A DNA stretch of 64,000 nt from a virus (Duplodnaviria; Caudoviricetes), in the IMG/VR virus record IMGVR_UViG_3300010346_001007, positions 1 to 64,000 of that record, one strand, 5' to 3'. The notes below the pieces were generated by a model. That model made no database searches, was not told the DNA's origin, and was given only the letters and a program-made list of their open reading frames with translations. Positions within the stretch are counted from its first letter, which is position 1. Each line of letters starts with the position of its first letter. Positions 9,951 through 20,005 of this stretch are shown one piece after another. A program made the translations under genes and the position numbers.

Positions 9951-10569
9951 TTATTCCAATTCTATTTTAGGGTTTATATTAATGGGTCCCACTGCCGCCA
10001 GCATCCCTACTCTGGCCCGGATTAATCCTTTTCTTTTGGGGGTAAAGGTATGCGAAAGTATATATTCCATGGGGATTGTGTAGTCCCCCGTCTCCCAGTC
10101 ACTTCCGGCATAGTCGTTGTCTAAATCGGTTTCGGCAGTGAAGGGATTTTCATTTCTCGATGAGTACAAAGTCCCCTGTGGCGAAGTAGCGTCGGCCAAG
10201 TACTCAAATTCCACCCATAACTGGGTGTCCTTTATATGGTCGTATTCTTCAATCAACAATTTGATTTTCGCCGTGACGGCAGAATCTACTGTACTATTCC
10301 ACATGCTAATCCATGGGGTGTAAAAAGGATTATAAACGGTGGCTTTATTATTCGGGACCACGGCCCAGCTTATGTTCGAGCCATCGGCAAATTTAGTTCC
10401 TTTGTAATAGACAGTTTCGTCTTCGACAATCGTTCCATTGTTCTTGCGGTACTCGAATACAGTGTTGGTATTGCCGCTGTCGCAGTTAATTATGCTGACC
10501 TGGGGGGCGTTGGCGTCCCAATCGCCATCAATCAGTGTGACGGCGGGATTTAATTTGCAATTCTGAAGA
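9951..10569 (-). pseudogene. 5'-truncated, GC-richer fragment of a probable phage structural (tail/fibre-like) gene
   Basis: frame open from the IS right end (LQNCKLNPAVTLIDG...) to stop at 9951; no native start; product type is inference. Confidence 0.6.
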
Positions 10570-10580
10570 ATGAACTACCC

Positions 10581-11783
10581 CTACGCTAAAGACGTAGGGG
10601 TTTCGGCTCCAACCAACTGCCCATTATTTCTAACGGGTCTTATGTCAGGACAAGCCACTAACTCCGTAGTTCCTACGGTTAAATTCAATCCTTGTCTCAG
10701 GATGTTTTGTGAAGCATTCCAATCTCTATCCAATTTCCGTTGGCATCGTGGACAATCCCATTCTCTCATGTTCAATGAGAGATTGTCATTCACAAATCCA
10801 CAATGAGAGCAGGTTTTGGATGACGGAAAGAACCTATCAATCTTCACAAGTCTCCTTCCATACCAATCTGCCTTATAGGTTAGTTGCCTCACCAGTTCTC
10901 CCCAAGAAGCATCTCCAATGGATTTGGACAAACAATGATTTGCCATCATATTTTTAACACCTAAATCTTCCAAACAAATCGCTTGGTTTTCGTTAATGAG
11001 TTTGGACGTTATTTGGTGAAGATGATTATGACGAATGTTGGCAATCTTCACTTGGACCTTGCCAACCTTCAATCGTGCTTTGTTTCTGCCATTGGAGCCT
11101 TTCTTGGAACGACTCAACGCTTTCTGTCTTATTCTTAATAGTTTCGCATACTTTTTGGTGGTCTTAATGTTTTCAAATCGCTGCCCATCGGAGCATGTCA
11201 CTAATGACTTAATGCCCAAGTCAATCCCAATGGTCTTATCTGCTTTCGGTTTCTTCTCAATGTCTCTGGTGACTCCAATACAAGCATAATACTGACCCGC
11301 CTTATTCTTGATGATGGTAGCATAGTTAATCTCACCTTCTACTTCACGATGCTGGTCAATCTTTATACCTTCCTTAAACTTTGGGAAGTATATCCTTTCT
11401 TCGCTTACTACTACGAATTGGGGGACACGAAATGACTGCTTATTCTTCTTGGACTTAAATCTTGGAAATTTCGCAAGTTTCTTAAAGAAACGATTATATG
11501 CTCCGTCCAGATGTTTAATGGCATGTTGGAGAGATTGGGCATTACACTCATTCAACCATTCAGTTTCAGGTTGTTCCTTAATCTTCGTCAGTTCCTTTGC
11601 CATATCCACATAAGTTAATGTTTTCTTGGCAAGTTGTTTCTCTTTCGCTTCCAGATAGAACTTGGTCCGTCTATCCAAAAAATGGTTGTAGGTCCATCGG
11701 ATGCTTCCGAAGTGTTTGGACAACAGGACTTCTTGTTCCTTGTTAGGAAACAATCTCATCTTAAATGTATAGTCCTGTTTCAC
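10581..11783 (-). CDS. tnpB: RNA-guided endonuclease TnpB
   Basis: N-terminal HTH, RuvC GIDLG / LEDL / DRDWNAS, Zn finger CSHC...CPRC. Confidence 0.95.
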   Translation of the reverse strand: MKQDYTFKMRLFPNKEQEVLLSKHFGSIRWTYNHFLDRRTKFYLEAKEKQLAKKTLTYVDMAKELTKIKEQPETEWLNECNAQSLQHAIKHLDGAYNRFFKKLAKFPRFKSKKNKQSFRVPQFVVVSEERIYFPKFKEGIKIDQHREVEGEINYATIIKNKAGQYYACIGVTRDIEKKPKADKTIGIDLGIKSLVTCSDGQRFENIKTTKKYAKLLRIRQKALSRSKKGSNGRNKARLKVGKVQVKIANIRHNHLHQITSKLINENQAICLEDLGVKNMMANHCLSKSIGDASWGELVRQLTYKADWYGRRLVKIDRFFPSSKTCSHCGFVNDNLSLNMREWDCPRCQRKLDRDWNASQNILRQGLNLTVGTTELVACPDIRPVRNNGQLVGAETPTSLA

Positions 11784-11844
11784 TTAATATATTTATTCTC
11801 TTTGTGTTTCTGGAATATACATATTAGGGAGAAAGAGAAAACGA

Positions 11845-11939
11845 TTAAAAAGGTATCACACAGCATCACGTTCCAAGTCTGCTCAACTGGTGATGTATCT
11901 TCGGAAACAATCAGAATGTATATTGAGAGCCGGGGATAA
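11845..11939 (+). pseudogene. tnpA: internally deleted Y1 transposase remnant
   Basis: KRYHTASRSK (N-terminus-like) abuts, in another frame, VCSTGDVSSETIRMYIESRG* (typical TnpA C-terminus); HUH core missing. Confidence 0.7.
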
Positions 11940-12067
11940 TTTTCTCCATTCATCTCCTACGCTAAAGACGTAGGAGTTTTCTGGCGACTTAAAGATAAAA
12001 TGACTGTTTCGATTTCGTTTTTATATTTATATATATTATAACAATTTGAACCAGGAATTTAAAATAA

Positions 12068-12808
12068 ATGAAATCGGAACAATCTAAACGGGAAGCATAT
12101 AATTATAATCCACATATAGAATCCAGAGTTGCCAAGCTTGAACTTGGGATGCAACGTATAACCGATGATTTAAGAGATTTAATCCAAGTTGTACGGGACC
12201 GAGGAGACGCAACAGATAAGAAAATTCAAGAATTGTTTGTTGCAGTAACCCAAGCTTCTGGACCCAAAAAAACCGATTGGTCCACAATTATTGCGGGAAT
12301 TATGCTTATGTTGGCTATTGGAGGGGCGGCATTTTGGCCATTAAATAATCAAGTTACCGAATTAAAGTCCCAATTACATGAACAACATATTTTATTATTG
12401 GAACATCAAAAAATAACTAATCACCCGGTAGGAGAAGCGCTAGTTCATAGGTTAGAAGATCAATTAAAAACGCATATTGAACAAAATAGAAGAGATTTTG
12501 CTGAACATTTATCTAATGAAGAAAAAACTTTTGAAGCATTTGCAAAATGTACAACAGCTAAAATAAGTGCCGATACGAGTATATTACAATGTGAAATTGC
12601 CGATGCTAAAAAATTGTGTAGTGCCATATCTACTGAAATTAAAGAGAGATTAAAGATTCTTGAAGAAGAAAACATAAAGAGAAATGATGAAGATCGGGCG
12701 GAATTAAGAATGTGGAGACAAAAAGCAATGGGATTATCTTCTCCCGATTCGTATGTTCCTCTACTTAATAGGGAAAATATTGAAGATTCATTTTCAATTA
12801 GAAAGTAA
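12068..12808 (+). CDS. coiled-coil membrane protein (single TM), possibly lysis-related
   Basis: TM WSTIIAGIMLMLAIGGAAFWPL between helical regions; late motif 12023-12031. Confidence 0.55.
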   Translation: MKSEQSKREAYNYNPHIESRVAKLELGMQRITDDLRDLIQVVRDRGDATDKKIQELFVAVTQASGPKKTDWSTIIAGIMLMLAIGGAAFWPLNNQVTELKSQLHEQHILLLEHQKITNHPVGEALVHRLEDQLKTHIEQNRRDFAEHLSNEEKTFEAFAKCTTAKISADTSILQCEIADAKKLCSAISTEIKERLKILEEENIKRNDEDRAELRMWRQKAMGLSSPDSYVPLLNRENIEDSFSIRK

Positions 12809-12848
12809 ATGTATTTTTAGTAAAGGTTAGAGATATTTATATTAAGAT

Positions 12849-13604
12849 ATGAACAACGTTAGGAAAAACTTTACAAATTTAGTTAATCGCATTCTTAATG
12901 AGGAATTAGAACGAGCTAATGCCATAGGAACTAAATCGGTTTCCCGAGTTCCAGAAATGGATGCCAATGGAATTTACGTTAATAAAGATATAAAACGTCC
13001 GGACAAAGATTCTATAGTTAAAAGTTTAAAAAGTAAAGAATTGATGATTTCTGAGTTATCTAAAGAAATAGAAGGTATAATCGAAAAAGCAGTTTCTATT
13101 AATTGGGATGATCATGATGATTTAATGGTTAGTGCTAAAGATTTAAAATATATTAGAATTTCACCGAGATGGACTGATTATTTTGTTATTGAAATGTTTA
13201 CTCGTAACGAAGACCGAATTTGGATTACGGGACAAACGTGGGATCAAGTTAAAGAATTTGTTAAGACCAACTTAAAGAATGTTTCCGAAGAATCAGTTGC
13301 TACAGAAAAAGCATTTGATAAAGTAACTCAAAATAGAAAAGATCAAACTCCTTCTCCGGACAAAGGAATGCCTCAGAAGGATAAACCAAAAATTAAGCCA
13401 TTAACTAATGAACCTCAAAAAAATAAATCTAAAAATAAAGAAAAAGATTATGTAGAAGATTTAGTTAAGCAAATAAAAGATTTACCTAATCAACCAATGT
13501 CTGCGGTAGATGATTTTAAGAAATTAATTGATTATAAAGTTAAAGATCCAGTGCGATTACGAAAACGTGTACCCAATAAAACATTAAAAATTAAAATGAA
13601 ATAA
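12849..13604 (+). CDS. hypothetical late protein
   Basis: ATATTTATA at 12833-12841; LVNRILNEE N-terminus. Confidence 0.6.
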   Translation: MNNVRKNFTNLVNRILNEELERANAIGTKSVSRVPEMDANGIYVNKDIKRPDKDSIVKSLKSKELMISELSKEIEGIIEKAVSINWDDHDDLMVSAKDLKYIRISPRWTDYFVIEMFTRNEDRIWITGQTWDQVKEFVKTNLKNVSEESVATEKAFDKVTQNRKDQTPSPDKGMPQKDKPKIKPLTNEPQKNKSKNKEKDYVEDLVKQIKDLPNQPMSAVDDFKKLIDYKVKDPVRLRKRVPNKTLKIKMK

Positions 13605-13620
13605 TTTATTTGGTTTCCGG

Positions 13621-13644
13621 GCGGCTCTTCGGAGCCGCTTTTTT
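13621..13644 (+). terminator. rho-independent terminator
   Basis: GCGGCTC-TTCG-GAGCCGC-TTTTTT. Confidence 0.9.
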
Positions 13645-13645
13645 A

Positions 13646-13674
13646 TTGACTTTCCTTGAGTTGCATGTTATAGT
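13646..13674 (+). promoter_or_regulatory. sigma70-like promoter, near-leaderless
   Basis: TTGACT-17-TATAGT with TGn extension, ATG 8 nt downstream. Confidence 0.75.
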
Positions 13675-13682
13675 GTGTCACA

Positions 13683-14615
13683 ATGGAAAAAAATGAGATT
13701 GGAATAATAAGGGACAGTTTATCACTAAAGCCTAAAGAATTGATAATTAGTGATTTAAAGTGGAAATATTTGGTTCGGGCAGTTGTACGTTCCAAGAATA
13801 TTATGATTGTTGGTCCTTCGGGCTGTGCCAAAACTATGGCGGCACGTAGCGTTGCAACGGTGTTAAAACGGCCATTTGAAGTATTTAATATTGGCAGCAC
13901 ACAGGATGCCCGGGCCACTTTAATAGGAAATACAACATTTAAAAAAGAAATAGGTACATTGTTTTATAAATCGGCATTTGTAAAGGCAATTACCACCCCC
14001 AATACAATAATATTGTTAGATGAATTTACACGGGGTACACATGATGCATGGAACATTTTAATGCCTGCAATTGATCCAACACAAAGATATTTGCGTTTAG
14101 ATGAAGATGAATCAAGTTCAGTGGTAAAGGTAGCCGATGGGGTTTGTTTCATTGCAACGGCTAATATAGGAAATGAATATACGGCCACAAGAGTTTTAGA
14201 TAAAGCCAGTGCTAGAAGATTTCCTATAAAACTAGAAATGCCCCCATTGGAGGGAGAACAACTTAAAACATTATTTTCTATTTTATTTCCGAATAGGAAT
14301 TTAGATGAAGAAAAACTCATGAATACACTGGCGTCCATTTCAGATGATTTAATTTCACAATGTAATATGGAAGATGCCAAAATTTCAACTTTTATTTCTC
14401 CGGCAAATATGGTTGAAATGGCCGAATTAGTAATGGATGGATTTACATTGGAAGAAATAGCAGAAGCAGCTATTTATCCTGAATATCCAGATGAGGGAGG
14501 GGTAGGAGAAAGCGAGCGGGTATATGTAAAAAGCATTTTACAAAAACATTTTCCTAAAAATGTAAAAAGTCCATTAAATGATCCACTGGCAAGTAAAAAA
14601 AGAGTTAAATTTTAA
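13683..14615 (+). CDS. MoxR/CobS-like AAA+ ATPase
   Basis: Walker A GPSGCAKT, Walker B ILLDE, IATAN, DKASARRF. Confidence 0.9.
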   Translation: MEKNEIGIIRDSLSLKPKELIISDLKWKYLVRAVVRSKNIMIVGPSGCAKTMAARSVATVLKRPFEVFNIGSTQDARATLIGNTTFKKEIGTLFYKSAFVKAITTPNTIILLDEFTRGTHDAWNILMPAIDPTQRYLRLDEDESSSVVKVADGVCFIATANIGNEYTATRVLDKASARRFPIKLEMPPLEGEQLKTLFSILFPNRNLDEEKLMNTLASISDDLISQCNMEDAKISTFISPANMVEMAELVMDGFTLEEIAEAAIYPEYPDEGGVGESERVYVKSILQKHFPKNVKSPLNDPLASKKRVKF

Positions 14616-16783
14616 TGTCTATGCAAAAAAATATTAATCCATCCGATGTTGAATTTTGGATGGATATGGACCAATTTTCTAATTACATAGTAGATTCCTC
14701 TGAACAAACAATAATATTTAATATAGATTTGGTAAAATTGGCTTCTATTAGAGCGGCCATTTCAAATTTTGTAAGGATCCTTGCTCGGAGGCCCATTCCA
14801 GTTTATTTTCATGATGATGAACAAAGTTTTAATAGTCGAGGTAAGGCGATTTATATTTCTGCTAAAATAACAAATCTTCGGCAATTTGAGCGGGCGGTCG
14901 GATTGGCATTGCACGAAGCGGCGCATACTTTATGGACAGATTTTGACCAAGTTTTGAAAGCGTGGGCTAATATTCCACATGAAATTCTTTCGTTATCTGA
15001 CAAAAAAAATATTAGAAGAGCAACATTGGAAAAATTTATACATGGGATGTGGAATATTATTGAAGATCGTTATATTGACAATTTTGTATTTAATGAGGCT
15101 CCAGGATATAGAGGATATTATATTTCTTTATATGATGATTTAAATAATGATATGATTGGGGAATATTTAAAAAGTGATTATTTCCGGCATCCAAGTTTAA
15201 AATCATATGATTTTCGCATATCTAATTTTACAAATGAGGCTACAGATTTATTGGCCCTGCCCCGGTTAGAAGAAATAGCCGAAACCATAAACATTTCTAA
15301 TATAGATAGGTTACATACAACAGAAGATAGGATTAAGTGCGCATTTGATGTTACTAAAATAGTATTAGAATGTATTGATGAACATTTACAAAAAGAGGAA
15401 CGGGGAGAAATACCAATACGAGGGAAAGATATGGGGTTGGCAAATCCATCTGATTTTTTTGATTTTGGGGATGGAGAAGAACAGGAAGAAGATGAGCCGG
15501 ATTCTTCTACTAAATTAGAAATGGGAGAATCCGAAGAAATAGATGTAGGAAAACAGATGATTGGTGAGATTTCAGATATAGTGCAAGGAAAAATGCCAGA
15601 ATCTGAAAATTTTGATGCAACCGAAAAAATTTCAGATGAACCGCCGGAAAAAGAGGTATTAAAAGAAATAAATAAATTAATCAAAATACAAAAAGAATTT
15701 ATAACGGGAAATGTAAAAAAAGAAGCGGTTACTTCACAACAAAAAGCACTTTTAGATTTAATTGAAAAGCACGGAATTACAATGGTGCGGGTAGATATTC
15801 CGATAACAGCTTCAGGAAATGATACCAGTTTAAAAGTAGATTGTATAGTTGTAAAAAAGATGACTAAAGAACTGATTTTATCCGGGGAAAAAGTATTTCC
15901 ATTAAGTGGGGCCATGAAATTTGGTGATATGGTTCCCGTGCCTCCTCCGGCGGTAAAACAAGCGGTTCAAAAAGGAATACGATTGGGAACAAAATTGGGG
16001 AGGAAATTACAAATTAGGGCCGAATCTAACCCCATAAAAATAATAAGAAAAACGTGTGGAAAAATAAATCGCAGGCAATTACATGAAGCCGGATTTGACG
16101 CAGAAGACCTTTTTTATAAAATGATAATTGATAAAAGACCCGAAGCAAATTTACATATTTCTGTAGATGCAAGCAGTTCAATGGCCGGAGAAAAATGGTA
16201 TAAAACTATGACAGCAGTAACAGCTATTTGTAAGGCGGCATCTATGATTGATAATATACATATTACCGTATCATTTAGAACTACACAAGAGTCAAAGAAT
16301 CATATGTTTCCATATATAATTTTGGCGTATGATTCAAAACATGATAAATTTTCTAAAATAAAAGAATTATTTCCTTATTTAACCCCGTCAGGGTGTACAC
16401 CAGAAGGATTGGCTTTTAGTGCAGTTATGAATTTATTTGAAGGTATTACACCCGATGAAGAAGAAAGGTTTTTATTAAATTTATCTGATGGAGAACCATA
16501 TTTCCAAATAGAAGTGAGAGATACAAGTTCTAGTATATTTTATCATGATGAAATTGGGGTATATCATACCAAAACCCAAATAGATAAAATACGGCGGCAA
16601 GGTATTGAAATTTTGAGTTATTTTATTAAATCGAAACATGAAGAAAATTCATCTAAGCTTGAAAAAAATTTCCGGCGAATGTATGGGAAAAACGCTAAAT
16701 TTATTGACGTAGAAAGTGTAATAGATTTGGCCAAAACAATTAACGAACTTTTTTTACGAAGTTTTGATGAAAAAATATCTTGA
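14615..16783 (+). CDS. VWA-domain partner (CobT-like) with N-terminal HExxH domain
   Basis: LALHEAAH, NIIEDRYID, MIDAS DASSSM...TPEG...LSDG. Confidence 0.85.
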   Translation: MSMQKNINPSDVEFWMDMDQFSNYIVDSSEQTIIFNIDLVKLASIRAAISNFVRILARRPIPVYFHDDEQSFNSRGKAIYISAKITNLRQFERAVGLALHEAAHTLWTDFDQVLKAWANIPHEILSLSDKKNIRRATLEKFIHGMWNIIEDRYIDNFVFNEAPGYRGYYISLYDDLNNDMIGEYLKSDYFRHPSLKSYDFRISNFTNEATDLLALPRLEEIAETINISNIDRLHTTEDRIKCAFDVTKIVLECIDEHLQKEERGEIPIRGKDMGLANPSDFFDFGDGEEQEEDEPDSSTKLEMGESEEIDVGKQMIGEISDIVQGKMPESENFDATEKISDEPPEKEVLKEINKLIKIQKEFITGNVKKEAVTSQQKALLDLIEKHGITMVRVDIPITASGNDTSLKVDCIVVKKMTKELILSGEKVFPLSGAMKFGDMVPVPPPAVKQAVQKGIRLGTKLGRKLQIRAESNPIKIIRKTCGKINRRQLHEAGFDAEDLFYKMIIDKRPEANLHISVDASSSMAGEKWYKTMTAVTAICKAASMIDNIHITVSFRTTQESKNHMFPYIILAYDSKHDKFSKIKELFPYLTPSGCTPEGLAFSAVMNLFEGITPDEEERFLLNLSDGEPYFQIEVRDTSSSIFYHDEIGVYHTKTQIDKIRRQGIEILSYFIKSKHEENSSKLEKNFRRMYGKNAKFIDVESVIDLAKTINELFLRSFDEKIS

Positions 16784-16858
16784 CATTTTATACTCTTTAA
16801 GTTATTATATGGTTGTATAATCAGAGAGCAAATAGCTCTTCAATCTAGTTAAATATTT

Positions 16859-17221
16859 ATGAAAGCAAAGAGAAAAAATAATACCAATCAAGTTGTTAAA
16901 TGGCCGTCGGCAAAATATTTTACGATGGAAAACATTTTTGAAACCAATCCGAATATAATTCATATAACCACTCGGAGTAAAACAAGCCGAGCTATAAAAG
17001 ACGGGAAAGTAGTTGAAATCGGACACATTCCCGGAGGAAAAGGAAGACCACGAAAGGTATATTCATTAAGTCCGGTAACACAAGAGATGCTATCAACCGC
17101 TGAAAAAGAAGGAATTATTTTAGTAGATAATGCCAGTAAATTAATTCATGTTGTTTCGGTATCAGACGAAATTCCGGCCAGTGCGGTATCTAAACCTTCG
17201 GAGATGGTAGTTACACGATAG
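16859..17221 (+). CDS. putative winged-helix DNA-binding protein
   Basis: GGKGRPRKVYSL wing motif; TTGACA-17-TATTAT at 16780-16808. Confidence 0.6.
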   Translation: MKAKRKNNTNQVVKWPSAKYFTMENIFETNPNIIHITTRSKTSRAIKDGKVVEIGHIPGGKGRPRKVYSLSPVTQEMLSTAEKEGIILVDNASKLIHVVSVSDEIPASAVSKPSEMVVTR

Positions 17222-17264
17222 TTTATACGATCTTCCATATATCCGGAAGTGATTTTGGTCGGTT

Positions 17265-17465
17265 ATGAATTTACGTGAAAAGAAGAAAAGAGAGTTAAAA
17301 AAATTAAAACCAAAACCTTACCGGATATATGGAATTTTTAATTTTGATACTAAGACGTTAATACAAGTAGATTTGGATTTAGAAAGATTAACATTTGATT
17401 ATGAACTGTCGGGGTATGATCCTGATAAATATGACATTGTTTCTTTTGATATAATGATAACTTAA
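17265..17465 (+). CDS. hypothetical protein
   Basis: ORF. Confidence 0.5.
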   Translation: MNLREKKKRELKKLKPKPYRIYGIFNFDTKTLIQVDLDLERLTFDYELSGYDPDKYDIVSFDIMIT

Positions 17466-17767
17466 TATCGTATGAGATATTTTCCAATTTCAGAAATAGG
17501 TGCTTTAAATGTTTGGATTCTTCTATATCCTTCATTTCCTAAAATATAGGAAAAGATTACTACTTTTGTATCCTTTGTCGCTCCAGCCATGTGTTCATCT
17601 ATTTTTTTAAGAAGGGTTATAATTATGGTTTTAGAACCCCAAATAATAGGAATGTTGAGTTCACTATCGAATAATACAGACGTATTCATATCCATGTAAA
17701 ATAAATGAAATACATTTCCTATAACACGACCTTTTTTTTCTGAATTTATGACATTTTTCGGTAACAT
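17462..17767 (-). CDS. hypothetical protein
   Basis: ORF with ATATTTATA 3 nt upstream of ATG. Confidence 0.55.
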   Translation of the reverse strand: MLPKNVINSEKKGRVIGNVFHLFYMDMNTSVLFDSELNIPIIWGSKTIIITLLKKIDEHMAGATKDTKVVIFSYILGNEGYRRIQTFKAPISEIGKYLIRY

Positions 17768-17831
17768 ACTTATAAATATAGATTAAAATAACTTGAATTC
17801 TAATTGAAACTGTGATATTATAAGAAAAATT

Positions 17832-17996
17832 ATGGGAAAAACATATAAAAGAAATCAATCGTTTCGTCCTAAACATCATGGCCGAAAATCTAAGAAATTT
17901 GATCGGTGGGATAAAGGGAGAAAACCTTCACGAGAAGATAGAGAACGAGATGAATATATGCCGTATGATCCAAAATATGACGGGAATGATATATGA
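17832..17996 (+). CDS. 54-aa basic protein (MGKTYKRNQSFRPKHHGRKSKKFDRW...)
   Basis: below ORF-track cutoff; TTGAAT-17-TATTAT promoter at 17793-17821; stop overlaps next ATG. Confidence 0.65.
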   Translation: MGKTYKRNQSFRPKHHGRKSKKFDRWDKGRKPSREDRERDEYMPYDPKYDGNDI

Positions 17997-18208
17997 TATG
18001 GGCAATAATTTCTATTAGTATAATAATTTTAATATTATTCTATATAATATATGCATTTCATCAGAAGGTGGAAAAACTTTCAAGCAATCAAGCAATCATG
18101 TTACAATGGTTTGAAGTATTACGTGAAAACGACGAGCAACTTTTAAATGATTTGAAAAGAATAAATTACGAGTTACAAAATGTCAAAAAGACAAAAAGAA
18201 AAGGTTAA
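17993..18208 (+). CDS. small membrane-anchored coiled-coil protein
   Basis: N-terminal hydrophobic helix. Confidence 0.55.
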   Translation: MIWAIISISIIILILFYIIYAFHQKVEKLSSNQAIMLQWFEVLRENDEQLLNDLKRINYELQNVKKTKRKG

Positions 18209-18674
18209 AGGGATTATAAAAAAGAAATCTCTCTTTGATCACGTAAAACATATACGACAAGTTAAAGACCCCGATTATTATAAAAATTTATCGGAGGAAG
18301 AACGTAAAACTTTTAATCATTATATGATTTTGCGGGCACTTTCAATGGACTCATCCATTATAGAAGAAGTTGTTGAGTTATTTAAGATTTTTGATAAAGT
18401 ACCATCCGAACAATTTTATCAATTATTAATATCAATTGTTCCTACTTCCACTAAATTTTATCCCTGGATTAAATCCAAAACACTAAAGCATAATAAAAAA
18501 CTTTTGGGTTATGTAGCAGATAGATTTAAAGTTTCTAAAAATCAAGCTAATGATTATATAAATATTTTATTACGTAGTGAATATGGGCAAATTGAATTAG
18601 TAAATATATTAAAAGCCCAGGGATTAGAAGATAAAGAAATAGAAAAAATTTTTGAGGAAAAAGAAAATGAATAG
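18180..18674 (+). CDS. clamp loader small subunit (T4 gp62-like)
   Basis: LFDH...FNHYMILRALSM...QFYQLL...FYPWIK pattern. Confidence 0.7.
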   Translation: MSKRQKEKVKGIIKKKSLFDHVKHIRQVKDPDYYKNLSEEERKTFNHYMILRALSMDSSIIEEVVELFKIFDKVPSEQFYQLLISIVPTSTKFYPWIKSKTLKHNKKLLGYVADRFKVSKNQANDYINILLRSEYGQIELVNILKAQGLEDKEIEKIFEEKENE

Positions 18675-19374
18675 TAAATCGATTTATGATGTACATGTTA
18701 TAGGTGTGGGAGGATATGCTCGTAGTGGAAAAGATACATTTGTTAATATAGCCAAACCGATTTTAAGAAAAAATGGATATTTTGTGGTTCAACTGGCCTT
18801 TGCTTCTAAATTAAAAGAAGAAGTTCAAAAGATGTTGAATGACAATGGATTTAGGACTTCAATATATGATATTGAAGATAACCATGCTAAGGAATTAATT
18901 CGACCGCTATTAGTATGGTGGGGATGTCAAAGACGCTATGAAACGTATCAGGGGATGTATTGGGTTAGCAAAGTAAATTCGCAATTAGAAGAAATAGCAA
19001 ATCAATTATTAAAACATGAAAATTCTGATGCTAAAAAAATTGTATTTTTAATATCAGACGTTAGATTTGGAAATGAGGCCGAATGGATACAAAAAACGAG
19101 AAAAGGAAAAGTTATACATCTAAAACGATATAGAGTTTTGATTGATTATGATAATACATGGGAAAGCGGTCAAATATTTAAAAAGGTTTATGATCCACCC
19201 CCCAATAAGGAAGAAGAAGACAATGATCCTATAGTACAAAGTTGTTCTGATTTTTGTATAGAATGGGAGGATCAGAAACATTTAACAATGAAAGAAGCAA
19301 CAGAAAACCCCGAACTTCAAAAGGTAGTGATGGATTGTTTAAATAATACTGGATTATTTCAATTAACGGGATAA
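18667..19374 (+). CDS. deoxynucleoside monophosphate kinase (T4 gp1-like)
   Basis: GGYARSGKDT, AFASKLK, ISDVRFGNE. Confidence 0.85.
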   Translation: MNSKSIYDVHVIGVGGYARSGKDTFVNIAKPILRKNGYFVVQLAFASKLKEEVQKMLNDNGFRTSIYDIEDNHAKELIRPLLVWWGCQRRYETYQGMYWVSKVNSQLEEIANQLLKHENSDAKKIVFLISDVRFGNEAEWIQKTRKGKVIHLKRYRVLIDYDNTWESGQIFKKVYDPPPNKEEEDNDPIVQSCSDFCIEWEDQKHLTMKEATENPELQKVVMDCLNNTGLFQLTG

Positions 19375-19656
19375 AAGGGATACAAGTTTTCCATTGTCAT
19401 CGTAAAATGAAATTCTACCTTCAGGCACTTTTTGTAATATAGTGTTTTTTAGACGAGGCACCGAATATATAACTGATTGTTTATATAAATCACAGCAATT
19501 TAAATATATTTCTCGTTTATCTCTGGATTTATGGCAATTACAATGAGCCTTATAATTATTAAGACAAGTAATAAGTTGTAAGAATCTTCCATCTAATGTT
19601 TGCAGTCCATTGTTACTTATAAATTGTACAAATTGAGTTACATTTCGTATTTCCAT
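19363..19656 (-). CDS. hypothetical Cys-rich protein
   Basis: ORF. Confidence 0.55.
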   Translation of the reverse strand: MEIRNVTQFVQFISNNGLQTLDGRFLQLITCLNNYKAHCNCHKSRDKREIYLNCCDLYKQSVIYSVPRLKNTILQKVPEGRISFYDDNGKLVSLLSR

Positions 19657-19657
19657 A

Positions 19658-20005
19658 TTAATCTAATAATTTATCAAATATTAAAAATATAAATAATGAA
19701 GATAAAATGCAAATTGGAATAAATAAAATGGGGACAAAAAATAATCCTGATATTATTCCGAGCCATGTTGCTAAACAAACGGGACATGTTATTAACCGAA
19801 TTAAAAAACTATCATAGTCTCGTCTAAGAAAATGTAAATATTCTAACGAAACGTCTTTTTTATATTCTTCATCATATTTTTTATATTTTGATAGATAATT
19901 TAACCTAAAAAGACGTGTATATTCAAGCCAACTATTAGTACGAAACCACAATAATAAAATTAAAGATATAAAAAATATATTGAATATTAAGGTAGATATT
20001 ATCAT
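19658..20005 (-). CDS. DUF1360-like membrane protein
   Basis: LITCPVCLATW motif flanked by TM helices. Confidence 0.55.
   Translation of the reverse strand: MIISTLIFNIFFISLILLLWFRTNSWLEYTRLFRLNYLSKYKKYDEEYKKDVSLEYLHFLRRDYDSFLIRLITCPVCLATWLGIISGLFFVPILFIPICILSSLFIFLIFDKLLD

Larger units (their letters stand above)
10570..11994 (-). mobile_element. non-autonomous IS200/IS605-family element
   Basis: subterminal hairpins cctacgctaaagacgtagg at both ends (about 10577-10600 and 11954-11976), TTTAT before left end, right end ...GTAGTTCAT, tnpB plus tnpA remnant. Confidence 0.9.

Noticed and set aside
11634-11939. 101-aa ORF as a functional transposase
   Set aside because: Only the last ~20 codons resemble TnpA; the rest is antisense tnpB and spacer, with no HUH motif
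13683-16783. Cobalamin biosynthesis (cobS/cobT)
   Set aside because: Generic MoxR/VWA architecture; no cobN or other cobalamin genes in the window
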